Source: Proteobacteria bacterium SG_bin4
GTDB lineage: Bacteria; Pseudomonadota; Gammaproteobacteria; Burkholderiales; Nitrosomonadaceae
Reading direction: 5' to 3'
DNA length: 64,000 nt
Assembly: GCA_002083395.1 (NCBI GenBank)
Contig: LWDH01000035.1
Span: 41,403-105,402, forward strand
This document shows, in pieces, positions 1-9,338 of this stretch. Below the pieces are notes generated by a model. It ran no database searches. It saw nothing but the letters and a program-made list of their open reading frames with translations, and was not told the origin of the DNA. Position 1 is the stretch's first letter. Each line of letters starts with the position of its first letter. Made by a program: the position numbers and the translations under genes.

Positions 1-1220
1 GAGTCGATTTCCATCTTGATGCGCGCGGCTGCTTCATCGATCAGATCGATGGCTTTGTCTGGCAGGAAACGGTCAGTAATGTAGCGGTGAGAAAGCTCTG
101 CTGCTGCGACGATGGCCGGATCGGTGATTTCCACGCCGTGATGTAGCTCGTATTTTTCCTGCAAGCCGCGCAATATCGCGATGGTAGCTTCAACGGTCGG
201 TTCTTCAACCAGCACCTTCTGGAATCGCCGTTCCAGCGCGGCATCCTTTTCAATATATTTGCGATACTCATCCAGTGTCGTGGCACCGATGCAATGCAAT
301 TCACCGCGTGCCAAAGCCGGTTTCAACATGTTGCCGGCATCCATCGCGCCTTCCGCTTTTCCGGCACCCACCATGGTATGCAGCTCATCAATGAACACAA
401 TGGTTTTTCCTTCGTCTTGCGCAAGTTCCTTCAGCACAGTTTTGAGACGTTCTTCAAATTCCCCGCGGTATTTTGCGCCCGCTAAAAGCGCCGCCATATC
501 GAGTACCAAAACACGTTTTTCTTTAAGGCTTTCGGGCACTTCGCCATTGATAATGCGCTGGGCAAGCCCCTCAACAATGGCGGTTTTACCGACGCCCGGC
601 TCACCGATCAGCACCGGATTATTTTTTGTGCGGCGTTGTAATACTTGAATGGCGCGCCGAATTTCATCGTCACGGCCGATCACCGGATCCAGCTTACCTT
701 GGCGAGCCCGGTCAGTCAGATCCAGCGTATATTTTTTTAGCGCTTCGCGGCTGCTTTCGGCTTCCGCGCTGCTGACCTGTTCTCCGCCGCGCACGGCATT
801 AATCGCCTTTTCCAAAGCGGACGAACTGCCGCCGTGCTGTTTCAGCAGTGCGCCGATATCGCTTTTGTCTTGTAACACCGCTAACAGAAACATTTCGGAT
901 GCGATAAATTGATCGTTGCGTTTCTGCGCTTCTTTATCAGCTAGATTAAGCAAATTATTCAGAGTACGGGAAATAGTAATCTCACCGCCGGAATTTTCCA
1001 CCTTCGGCAAACGCTGAATACTTTGTTTGATACTTTCCTGCAAAGGCGTTGTGTTGACACCGGAGCGCTGCAATAATGACAAAGTGCTGCCATCTTCTTG
1101 CTGCAAGAGCGCCAGTAGCAGATGCTGAGGTTCTATGACCGGATTATCCTGGCCGATTGCAATACTCTGCGCATCAGCGAATGCTTGTTGGAATTTAGTC
1201 GTAAGCTTGTCAAAACGCAT
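1..1220 (-). CDS. clpB: ClpB disaggregase, N-terminal ~406 aa; the gene runs off the left edge
   Basis: My own reverse-strand translation from the ATG at 1220-1218 reads [39 protein letters not shown]...[42 protein letters not shown]...[59 protein letters not shown]. This shows the ClpB N-domain and the NBD1 Walker A and B motifs. A GGGAGAA RBS lies upstream. The gene is absent from the ORF track because it is open at the window edge. Confidence 0.95.
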   Translation of the reverse strand, partial: MRFDKLTTKFQQAFADAQSIAIGQDNPVIEPQHLLLALLQQEDGSTLSLLQRSGVNTTPLQESIKQSIQRLPKVENSGGEITISRTLNNLLNLADKEAQKRNDQFIASEMFLLAVLQDKSDIGALLKQHGGSSSALEKAINAVRGGEQVSSAEAESSREALKKYTLDLTDRARQGKLDPVIGRDDEIRRAIQVLQRRTKNNPVLIGEPGVGKTAIVEGLAQRIINGEVPESLKEKRVLVLDMAALLAGAKYRGEFEERLKTVLKELAQDEGKTIVFIDELHTMVGAGKAEGAMDAGNMLKPALARGELHCIGATTLDEYRKYIEKDAALERRFQKVLVEEPTVEATIAILRGLQEKYELHHGVEITDPAIVAAAELSHRYITDRFLPDKAIDLIDEAAARIKMEID

Positions 1221-1250
1221 GAAATTCTCCCATCGTAGGTAATTGATGCC

Positions 1251-1279
1251 TACGTGGGGGGAAGCTGCGAAATTTCAAG
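1251..1279 (-). promoter_or_regulatory. Candidate sigma-32 (RpoH) heat-shock promoter of clpB
   Basis: The minus strand reads CTTGAAA-tttcgcagctt-CCCCCCACGTA about 30-60 nt upstream of the clpB ATG. It matches the CTTGAA-N13-17-CCCCATNT consensus well. Confidence 0.55.
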
Positions 1280-1286
1280 TGGGAGA

Positions 1287-3959
1287 TTACTTGACGGAAT
1301 GGATGGCGCGAATCTTGGTTTTTTGCAGAACCGGTTTGAGCATGCTTTCAATCTCAGGCGCCGGTACCGGTTTGCTGAAATAATAACCTTGGTAATGATT
1401 ACATTTTTGTTCGGTAAGGAATGACAACTGTTCTTCTATTTCGATTCCTTCCGCGATGACGTCCAATTCCAGGCTATGCGCCATTGCAATAATCGCCGCA
1501 ACGATGGTTCGATCGTTCTTATCCGTAACAATGTCGCGCACAAAGGATCGGTCAATTTTAAGCGTATGGATGGGGAATTTCTTCAAGTAGCTGAGACTTG
1601 AATAACCGGTTCCAAAATCGTCAATGGAAATGTGTAATCCCATTGCATGCAGGCGGCTCAACGTTTCGACTACTTTATCAATGTTATCAATCAGCATGCT
1701 TTCGGTAATTTCCAGCGAAATATATTTCGCGTCTACCTCTGTTTCCTTAAGAATGCGTGAGATATTGGTAATTAAATCCTTATCGCGGAATTGCCGGGCA
1801 GATAAGTTAATAGCAATCCGTGGCACGTACAGGCCTTGACTTTGCCATGCTTTGATTTGCAAACAGACCGTTTTCAATACCCACTCGCCGATGGGAATAA
1901 TCAATCCTGTCTCTTCCGCCAGGTTGATAAATTTGTCCGGCGATACCAACTGATGCACCGGATGCTTCCAGCGCAACAATGCTTCGAGTCCGTAGAGTTG
2001 ATGATTGGGCATGTCCATCACGGGCTGGTAATGCAGTAACAGCTCGTTCCGTTCCATCGCGTATCGCAGATCCAGACTTAAGGTATGTCTTTCATACGCG
2101 GATTTGTTAAGCTCATCGGTGAAGAACTGGTAATTGTTCCGGCCATTTTCCTTGGCATGGTACATGGCGACATCACTGTTTCTCAGCAACGTTTCAGCGG
2201 TTCCGCCATCGTTGGGGAATACCGCAATGCCGATGCTGCCGCCGATGTGAAGCTCGTTTCCATGAATATAAAAAGGCTGCAGCAAAGAATCCAGAATTTT
2301 TTGTGCAACCTTTGCGGCATCGAGTGATTCGGCAATGGAATTGAGCACGACAATAAATTCATCACCACCTTGACGAGCTACCGTGTCTTCGGTACGGACA
2401 CAAAATTTTAAGCGATTGGCGACGGCTTTTAGCAATAAATCCCCGATATCGTGCCCGAGCGAATCATTAATCGTTTTGAAGTGATCCAAGTCGATAAAAA
2501 GCACTGCCATCTGCCGTTGCCGCCGGGTATCATGGACCAGAGCCTGTTCAACCCGATCCTGCAACAAATGACGATTCGGCAAACCGGTCAATGCATCGTG
2601 CGTCGCCATCTCAACAATGCGTTTCTCGGCTTCCTTACGTTCATACCATCTACCTAGATCGTGAGCGATGGTTCCGATCAGGTTTTGCTGATAAACCAAT
2701 CCATGCGGCGCGCCGCGAGTGAATGCCACTTGCAGCGATCCACACTGCTGGCTGTTTGCGATCACTGCGGCTTCGATACAATCGGGCAAATGATCCTGAT
2801 ATCCCGGGGTGGTAATCTGATTGTTTTCGAGGTTGATTTTGGCGGCGACCGTTTCCTGGTTTTCAAAAGCTGACAGCAAAAAACTTAAAATATTTTTGCA
2901 GGTCTCTTCGATGCTCTGATCTTGTGCCAAACAATTTCTAATTTTCTGCAGGCAGATGTTTTCCTTTAACCGCTCGTTCAAGTAAGATTCTTTCTGTTTA
3001 ATTGATCGTTGGATGAAAGGCAAAGTCAACCAGTGAATTGCTGCGATTCCAAACAATAAAATCAAAGCCAGAAAGGTAACGATGATTTTAACTTGATGCG
3101 TGAGATAGCTATTGAGTTCATCTTTATCTATTTTCAGAACAGCGCCAAGTCCGTAGGCGACGGGTGAATGCGCCGCGACCACATCGACTTGCCGGTAATC
3201 CTTAACAAATTTCGTGCCCGTTTCGCCATTCAATGCATAATGGATGGGTAACGGCTTATTATTCATAATACGCTGTATCCGCTTGAATTGATTGCCGTCA
3301 AAAGCGCGGAAAAAACAATCCATCTCGAGTCTATTGTTTGCGACTGGCGCGCACAGTAAAAAATCGCCGGTTTCGCCAATCAGAGGCGCTTCCGTGAAGA
3401 TTCGCGTGAGATCCGGTAATGGTTCTTCCGTAGTAATGCGGCCAATTAATTGGCGGTCTTGGTTAAATAGCCGGATCGAGTTTTGTAATACAAAGCCTTG
3501 ATTCCAGAACAATAAGGTGTGAACATCGGGATGGGCGTTTAACTCCACGGGAAGCGTGGCTCGCTGCGCGACATTACCATCCGTTATCATCAAGTTATCG
3601 TTAGCATCGTAAATGCTGATACTTGAAAAATGCGTTGTAAGGATTTTTTCCGCAGACTCGCGTAATCCAGCAATACCTTCGGATTTGGATTCATCCGAAT
3701 AAATTTTTTCCAGACTTTGTGTTAAAAAAATGCGCGTGGATATGGCCCGGGTATTTGCTACCGAATGCGTGATCTGATTTTCGATCAGTTTTACAGTGTT
3801 TTCCAGCGTGGCTTTGAGACCGGTAGCCGTCATGGATTCGATCTGCCGTTGCATGACGGTGTAAACCGACAGGCCCGTCAGAATAATCAATGTTGTCAGT
3901 GTCAAGCCACTTATTACAATTGTTTTTGTGCCGCCCTGATTGCTGAAGAAACGAAGCAT
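1287..3959 (-). CDS. Membrane sensor diguanylate cyclase/phosphodiesterase (periplasmic sensor domain, GGDEF and EAL)
   Basis: 890 aa. An N-terminal TM helix, a ~270-aa extracytoplasmic region and a second TM are present. The GGDEF motif (ARQGGDEFIVVL), the EAL motif (LEALLRW) and DDFGTGYSSLSYLK are all intact. ATG start. Confidence 0.9.
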   Translation of the reverse strand: MLRFFSNQGGTKTIVISGLTLTTLIILTGLSVYTVMQRQIESMTATGLKATLENTVKLIENQITHSVANTRAISTRIFLTQSLEKIYSDESKSEGIAGLRESAEKILTTHFSSISIYDANDNLMITDGNVAQRATLPVELNAHPDVHTLLFWNQGFVLQNSIRLFNQDRQLIGRITTEEPLPDLTRIFTEAPLIGETGDFLLCAPVANNRLEMDCFFRAFDGNQFKRIQRIMNNKPLPIHYALNGETGTKFVKDYRQVDVVAAHSPVAYGLGAVLKIDKDELNSYLTHQVKIIVTFLALILLFGIAAIHWLTLPFIQRSIKQKESYLNERLKENICLQKIRNCLAQDQSIEETCKNILSFLLSAFENQETVAAKINLENNQITTPGYQDHLPDCIEAAVIANSQQCGSLQVAFTRGAPHGLVYQQNLIGTIAHDLGRWYERKEAEKRIVEMATHDALTGLPNRHLLQDRVEQALVHDTRRQRQMAVLFIDLDHFKTINDSLGHDIGDLLLKAVANRLKFCVRTEDTVARQGGDEFIVVLNSIAESLDAAKVAQKILDSLLQPFYIHGNELHIGGSIGIAVFPNDGGTAETLLRNSDVAMYHAKENGRNNYQFFTDELNKSAYERHTLSLDLRYAMERNELLLHYQPVMDMPNHQLYGLEALLRWKHPVHQLVSPDKFINLAEETGLIIPIGEWVLKTVCLQIKAWQSQGLYVPRIAINLSARQFRDKDLITNISRILKETEVDAKYISLEITESMLIDNIDKVVETLSRLHAMGLHISIDDFGTGYSSLSYLKKFPIHTLKIDRSFVRDIVTDKNDRTIVAAIIAMAHSLELDVIAEGIEIEEQLSFLTEQKCNHYQGYYFSKPVPAPEIESMLKPVLQKTKIRAIHSVK

Positions 3960-4164
3960 TGCTTGTGATTGCCTGTTATATGAAGTTTTGGAATCGATTC
4001 AAAGGCATGTATTATCGGTTATTCTATACAATACTTAAGTATGCATTTAGATGGTTTTTTCCGCTCAATTCTCAGAATGCAGTATTCCAACGGGGTTTGG
4101 CGGTGACTGCGGTTTTAAAGATCGATAAAGCGGTTGCGATGTTTACCGCTGATAACTTGCTTGG

Positions 4165-5658
4165 TTAATCCGGAATTTTTTTCTTCGCGGCTTCGGGGTA
4201 GGGATACAAAATATTCAGCGCCACACTTTTACCGGCGGTTTCAACGATGCGCACGTGCTCGCGCCGGAATTCGCGCGCATGGCGAAGCCCGCACGAATGC
4301 GCGATCATGTTGATTTCTTTGTTAACATTCCGGGCATAATTGGCGACGCGCAGATATTTTTCTTCCACCACCAGGCCGTTTTGCAGCCGCTCATCGTGCG
4401 TGGTGATACCGGTGGGGCAGGTATTCAAATGGCAACGCATTGCCTGGATGCAACCGAGCGAGAACATGAAACCGCGTGCGGTATTGACAAAATCGGCGCC
4501 GGCGCACAATGCCCAAGCGCCTTCCGCCGATGTCACCAGCTTACCGGCCGCAATAACGATAATGCGTTTTTTCAAATCTGCCTGCAGCAATGCATCGACT
4601 ACCCGCGGTAACGCCTCGGCAATCGGCAAACTGACATGATCCATCAAAGTTTGCGGTGCTGCGCCGCTGCCGCCTTCACCGCCGTCGATGGTGAGAAAAT
4701 CCGGCGCATATTCCAACCCCCGGCGGTTGATGCTGTCGCACAATTCGTTGATGAAATTCCAGCCGCCGATCGCGGTTTTAACGCCGACTGGACGGCCGGT
4801 CAATTCGCGGATGTAACGGATTTTGTCGAGCAACTCGTCGATGTTGTTGATGTCCTTGTGGCGGTTCGGGCTGATCGAATCCTGATGCACCGGGATGCCG
4901 CGAATGGCGGCGATCTCCTCGTGTACCTTACCGGCGGGCAGCAAACCGCCCTTACCGGGTTTCGCGCCCTGCGACAACTTGATTTCAAACGCCTTGACCA
5001 CCTTGCTCAATTCTTTTGCACGTTGCGGCGAGAAATTGCCTTGCTCATCGCGGATGCCGTATTTTGCAGTGCCGATCTGCATAATCACATCGCAATCACC
5101 TTCCAGATGATACGGCGACAACCCGCCTTCGCCGGTATTCAACCAGCAACCCGCTTGCGCCGCGCCCAACGACAACGCTCGCACCGCCGGCTTTGAAATC
5201 GCGCCGTAACTCATGCCGCTGATATTGATGATCGATTTCGCCTCGAACGGATGTTCGCAATAGCCCTCGCCGATCCGCAAAGACGGCGTCGGCAACTGAT
5301 CCTCTTCCTGAATCGGAAAAGCGGCGTTGACGAAAATGATCGAACCCGGCTGGCGCAAATCGTTGGTCGATCCGAAGCCGACCAAACTGCCCTTATTTTT
5401 GGAATTCTTGTAAATCCAGCCGCGGGTGGCGCGGTTGAACGGCATTTCATCGCGGTCATTGGCGAAAAAATACTGCCGGAAATACTTGCCCTGGATTTCG
5501 AAAAAATAGCGCAGCCGACCGATCACCGGATAATTGCGCAGAATCGAATGCTTCTTTTGCGTGATGTCCTGGATGAACCAGACGACGATCAAACCGACAA
5601 CAGCCACACCCAGCATCGTCGCGATACTATAAAAGATAAAGTCAAATGCGCCGGACAT
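4165..5658 (-). CDS. FMN-binding glutamate synthase family protein (GltB domain-2-like) with an N-terminal TM helix
   Basis: 497 aa. Carries SGMSYGAIS, KLSQGAKPGKGG and IDGGEGGSGAAP motifs typical of the GltS FMN domain. An AAGGAG-like RBS is present. Confidence 0.8.
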   Translation of the reverse strand: MSGAFDFIFYSIATMLGVAVVGLIVVWFIQDITQKKHSILRNYPVIGRLRYFFEIQGKYFRQYFFANDRDEMPFNRATRGWIYKNSKNKGSLVGFGSTNDLRQPGSIIFVNAAFPIQEEDQLPTPSLRIGEGYCEHPFEAKSIINISGMSYGAISKPAVRALSLGAAQAGCWLNTGEGGLSPYHLEGDCDVIMQIGTAKYGIRDEQGNFSPQRAKELSKVVKAFEIKLSQGAKPGKGGLLPAGKVHEEIAAIRGIPVHQDSISPNRHKDINNIDELLDKIRYIRELTGRPVGVKTAIGGWNFINELCDSINRRGLEYAPDFLTIDGGEGGSGAAPQTLMDHVSLPIAEALPRVVDALLQADLKKRIIVIAAGKLVTSAEGAWALCAGADFVNTARGFMFSLGCIQAMRCHLNTCPTGITTHDERLQNGLVVEEKYLRVANYARNVNKEINMIAHSCGLRHAREFRREHVRIVETAGKSVALNILYPYPEAAKKKIPD

Positions 5659-5767
5659 GTCGTCTCCTTATTCCGCGGGCCAATCGCTATACTAGCTGTT
5701 CAAGGAACGTTAGTGAACAACTTGAGTACACTATAATGCACGGCTTGACAGCTCAAAAGGATAAAAA

Positions 5768-6613
5768 TTGCAAGATTTACACAATGAAATTCACACCAAC
5801 GTGCAACGCGCATTGCAAGAGGATATCGGCAGCGGCGATCTGACGGCGTCGTTGATTCCGGATGACAAAGCCCTGCAGGCCACTGTGATCAGCCGGGAAA
5901 ACGCGGTGGTATGCGGTACGCAGTGGTTCGACGCATGTTTCCGATCGCTGGATCCGGCGATTGCTGTCGAATGGTTTGCCCAGGATAGCGAGACGGTAGA
6001 GGCCGGGCAGGTGTTATGCGCCATTCGCGGCAATGCCCGCGCATTGTTGACAGCGGAGCGCTCGGCGTTGAATTTTTTGCAATTGCTGTCCGCTGTGGCG
6101 ACGCAAACGCGGCGGTTTGCCGATGCCATCGCCGGAACCGGCGCGGTGATTGTCGATACCCGAAAAACGCTGCCGGGATTGCGGTTGGCGCAGAAATACG
6201 CGGTCACGTGCGGCGGCGGCGTGAATCATCGCATCGGGTTGTACGACGGAATTCTGATCAAGGAAAACCACATCATCGCCGCCGGAGGCATTCAACCGGC
6301 GTTAAACAGAGCCCGGGAAATCGCCCCGCCGGGCGTGTTTATCCAAATTGAAGTGGAATCGTTAGCGGAATTGGGCGAAGCGCTGGCCGCCGGCGCACGC
6401 ATGATATTGCTGGATAATTTTACATTTGCGCAATTAAGCGAAGCCGTCGTATTAACGCGCCAACAGGCGGATGCGCCGGTGATTCTCGAAGCTTCCGGCA
6501 ACATTACCTTGGAAAATGTGCGTCAGGTGGCGGAAACCGGCGTCGACCGGATATCGATCGGCAGCCTGACCAAGAATATCCAAGCGGTGGATTTGTCGAT
6601 GCGGTTCGCATGA
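5768..6613 (+). CDS. nadC: Nicotinate-nucleotide pyrophosphorylase (quinolinate phosphoribosyltransferase)
   Basis: 281 aa. ALQEDIGSGDLTA near the N-terminus, TRKTLPGLR and ILLDNF are NadC hallmarks. The start is TTG at 5768, preceded by AAGGA. Confidence 0.9.
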   Translation: MQDLHNEIHTNVQRALQEDIGSGDLTASLIPDDKALQATVISRENAVVCGTQWFDACFRSLDPAIAVEWFAQDSETVEAGQVLCAIRGNARALLTAERSALNFLQLLSAVATQTRRFADAIAGTGAVIVDTRKTLPGLRLAQKYAVTCGGGVNHRIGLYDGILIKENHIIAAGGIQPALNRAREIAPPGVFIQIEVESLAELGEALAAGARMILLDNFTFAQLSEAVVLTRQQADAPVILEASGNITLENVRQVAETGVDRISIGSLTKNIQAVDLSMRFA

Positions 6614-6614
6614 A

Positions 6615-6640
6615 GCGCGCGCCGGGAACGGGCGCGCGTT
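6615..6640. terminator. GC-rich hairpin between convergent nadC and the DUF2959 gene
   Basis: Stem CGCGCGCC (6616-6623), loop GGGAACG, stem GGCGCGCG (6631-6638). The flanking T/A tracts are weak. Confidence 0.45.
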
Positions 6641-6646
6641 GCGGGA

Positions 6647-7294
6647 TTACTTGCTGTCCATCGTGTTGATGAACGCATTGGCTTCGTTGATCGAGCGTTC
6701 CATCGAAGCGATTAGCGCCGAGACGTCGGATTTGATATTGCCGAGTTCACCTTTGAGCGATGCGATGGCGCGGGCGTTGAGGTTGTGCTTGAGGTACATA
6801 ACTTGATCGTTGAACACCGTCAGAATCGGCTGGATTTTGCTTTCCGCCTGCTTCATCGACGAGATGAGCTGATGGTAATGCGCTTGGGTGGCTTCAAGTT
6901 TACGTTGGCTGTTTTGCCGCATGGAGGCGTTGCTGTATTGCGTGATTTCCTGTTTCCATTCGGTGAATAACGCTTCCGATACGCTTTCGATATCGGCGAT
7001 GCGGCTGCGGACTTCTTCGGCTTTGCCGAGACTGGCTTCATAGGCGTCATTCAGGCGTTTGTAAGTGGCTTCCAGATCGCCGCCCTGGAAGTGGGTGGCG
7101 GCGGTGAATTGTTCCAATGCCGATTTGAATTGTTCCTTAGTTTCCTGCTGGGTGTCGCGGGCTTTTTCAACGCGGTACACCATCACGTCGCGCTTCGGAA
7201 TGCCGACTTTTTCCAGTCCTTCGAGGTACATTGTGGTACAGGCGGTGAGCAGCAGGATTAATACCAGCATGAGTAGACGGATAGACTGATTCAT
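6647..7294 (-). CDS. DUF2959-family lipoprotein
   Basis: 215 aa. Lipobox LLLTAC. The body is coiled-coil-rich and resembles DUF2959 proteins (KRDVMVYRVEKARDTQQETKEQF). GGAGAA RBS. Confidence 0.7.
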   Translation of the reverse strand: MNQSIRLLMLVLILLLTACTTMYLEGLEKVGIPKRDVMVYRVEKARDTQQETKEQFKSALEQFTAATHFQGGDLEATYKRLNDAYEASLGKAEEVRSRIADIESVSEALFTEWKQEITQYSNASMRQNSQRKLEATQAHYHQLISSMKQAESKIQPILTVFNDQVMYLKHNLNARAIASLKGELGNIKSDVSALIASMERSINEANAFINTMDSK

Positions 7295-7344
7295 AGATTT
7301 TCTCCAATGAAAGTTTTGGTGGATAGTTTAATGCATGATGACCG

Positions 7345-8316
7345 TTAGCGTAACACGCCGCGGCGTATGAGCCGGCTGGCGACTTTCAAACCCCACAAGA
7401 TCGGATGGCGGCGCAGCAGCGGCGTGACTTCGACGCGCACGCCGGTGTGGCGTTCGATTTTCCAGGCGGCGTAGTCGACGCTGTTGGCGAAGGTCAGCGT
7501 AGCTTTCGCCAGGCGCAGGATCGACAGAACCCGGCCTTGCCAGCGGCGCACACGCCAGCGCCACAAAGCCTGCTTTTGGGTTGCTGGATCGGTCAGGCAA
7601 CGGTAGCAGCCGTCTGCTTGTTTCTCCAACATATCAGCCAGTAACGGGTGAGCGGCCGCAGTGAAACGGGTGAATGCGGTTAAGTTGGCATTCGCCAGAT
7701 GATTGGCGCGGCCCGCTTTCTCGGCGCGCAGTTCGGCGGCGTAAGTCAGTAACAAGCAGCGAGTCCACAGTTGTTCAACATTGTAACTGCCGGCTTCAAG
7801 CGCCCCTATGCCGGTTCGCAAAAAAGTCAGCACCGAATGCGCCATTGCTGCATACAGCCGCTGGCGGACGGTGCCGTCTCGCGCAAACAGCAGCCGCGAC
7901 GGCTGCGCGAAGCGCGCCCAGATATACGAATGGAACCATCCGCGTGCGCCGGCTTCAAAATCGCCGGTGGAAATCACTGCGTACTTGGCGCGCAGGATTT
8001 TTCCCTGATGCGGCACTTCCAGATAAAACACATTCGGCGGCAGCCAGGCGTTGAAAAGGGCTAAATGCCGTTCGGGATAGGCTTTGCGGTAGTCGTCGAC
8101 AACCACGTACAGATCGACGATACCTTCGTCCAGACTGATCGCGGAATGCAAGCAGGAACCGTACAGCACGACGGCATCGAGTGCATCGCTAAAATGCTGA
8201 ACCAGCGCATCGACCAGCGGTGCAAAATCCGGCGAGACCGGTTGATCGCTTTCTGCCGCGACGGCATCGAGCAACTCGGCGGGCAATGGTTCATGGGTGG
8301 CAGGCGTTAGAGTCAT
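7345..8316 (-). CDS. Tam41/Mmp37-like nucleotidyltransferase-fold protein (candidate CDP-diacylglycerol synthase)
   Basis: 323 aa. The blocks LYGS, DLYVVVDD, PPNVFYLEV, LRAKYAVIS and W..YIWARFAQPSRLL parallel my recollection of yeast Tam41 (YGSGVF, DIIFGV, GVYFNPF, KYGVVS, FYLAGRLQKPVKIL). It is the last gene of a tight three-gene operon. Confidence 0.5.
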   Translation of the reverse strand: MTLTPATHEPLPAELLDAVAAESDQPVSPDFAPLVDALVQHFSDALDAVVLYGSCLHSAISLDEGIVDLYVVVDDYRKAYPERHLALFNAWLPPNVFYLEVPHQGKILRAKYAVISTGDFEAGARGWFHSYIWARFAQPSRLLFARDGTVRQRLYAAMAHSVLTFLRTGIGALEAGSYNVEQLWTRCLLLTYAAELRAEKAGRANHLANANLTAFTRFTAAAHPLLADMLEKQADGCYRCLTDPATQKQALWRWRVRRWQGRVLSILRLAKATLTFANSVDYAAWKIERHTGVRVEVTPLLRRHPILWGLKVASRLIRRGVLR

Positions 8317-8323
8317 GAAGTTC

Positions 8324-9313
8324 CTATAACACCAGAAATGTAACCGGTTCGGTGGCGGCGATGGTGATCGGCGATTGCGGCGCCGAACGGTACAATTCGC
8401 CGTCGACGATGTATTCGTCGTCCATTTCGATGGTCATGCGGGCAGTATTATGGCTGTAATAACCATCTTTTTCCTGCAGCACCTGGCCGCCACCGGATAA
8501 CAGCGGCCACAGCGAACGCCACAAGCGCTTGTGCTGCTGATCGACCAAGGTGACGTGCAGCGGCTCTGGTTCTTTGCCCCAGTACGGGCGGATATTGAGT
8601 AACAGGCAATGCAACGCGCTGACCAGGGCGAACAGGTAAGTGCCGCGGTACGTTCGCCCGTTGGCTTCGGTCAAGGTCAGGGTGACCGGCGACCAGGCGC
8701 TTTGCTGATGGCCGAACAACATGCCGAACAATGAGCGCAGCATGATTAATGCGGTGAAAATGCCGCCGGTGATACCGATCTGCTTGACCGGACTGCGCGA
8801 GAATTTAACGCCGCGGGCAACCAGGCCGACTGCGAAGAACATGCCGTAAATCGCCGGAATGCCTGGCTGTTCGATCCGCAGTACCGGGCGTTGCACCAGA
8901 TGGGGCGCTGTTGGTTGGCGCAGATACTGATGCAAGCGCTGAATGATTGGCTCAGGTTTGCCTTGCATGCCTAAGTCCAGCGGCGTCATGTTGGTGGTGC
9001 CTCCGGGCACGATCATGATGAGCGGCCAGTCGGCGGGCGCGCGGGCCGCGAATAAATGGCCGAAAATCGCATGCGTGGTGCCGTCACCGGCGACGATCAC
9101 GAGCAGATCGATGTCCGCTTGCAGCAATTGCGTAATGGCGGTTCCGAAAGAAGCGGCATCCTGGGCTTCGCATACGATTAAATCCGGGATCGCATGCAGC
9201 GCTTGCCGGATCGAGGCCGCGCGCTTGCGTACTTGACCGCCCATCGGATTGAGCAGGCATCCGGCTTTGGCTGTCCCGGCTTTCAGCCGTTCGATGCGCG
9301 TGGTCAGCGTCAT
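8324..9313 (-). CDS. Diacylglycerol-kinase-family lipid kinase (YegS/BmrU-like)
   Basis: 329 aa. DAGK catalytic-domain pattern with LLVIVAGDGTTH and VPGGTTN. ATG start. It ends 7 nt before the next gene. Confidence 0.75.
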   Translation of the reverse strand: MTLTTRIERLKAGTAKAGCLLNPMGGQVRKRAASIRQALHAIPDLIVCEAQDAASFGTAITQLLQADIDLLVIVAGDGTTHAIFGHLFAARAPADWPLIMIVPGGTTNMTPLDLGMQGKPEPIIQRLHQYLRQPTAPHLVQRPVLRIEQPGIPAIYGMFFAVGLVARGVKFSRSPVKQIGITGGIFTALIMLRSLFGMLFGHQQSAWSPVTLTLTEANGRTYRGTYLFALVSALHCLLLNIRPYWGKEPEPLHVTLVDQQHKRLWRSLWPLLSGGGQVLQEKDGYYSHNTARMTIEMDDEYIVDGELYRSAPQSPITIAATEPVTFLVL

Positions 9314-9338
9314 GAGATTTGTTCAGCAGTTATCAAAG

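Noticed and set aside
181-912. Plus-strand ORFs (181-648, 294-485, 649-912) at the left edge
   Set aside because: They lie antisense to a perfectly readable clpB coding frame. Their translations are low-complexity Ser/Ala/Arg-rich shadows with no motifs.
3959-4168. A 69-aa ORF between the GGDEF-EAL and glutamate-synthase-like genes
   Set aside because: It has no RBS and an odd Phe/Tyr/Trp-rich composition in an AT-rich promoter region. It is most likely non-coding.
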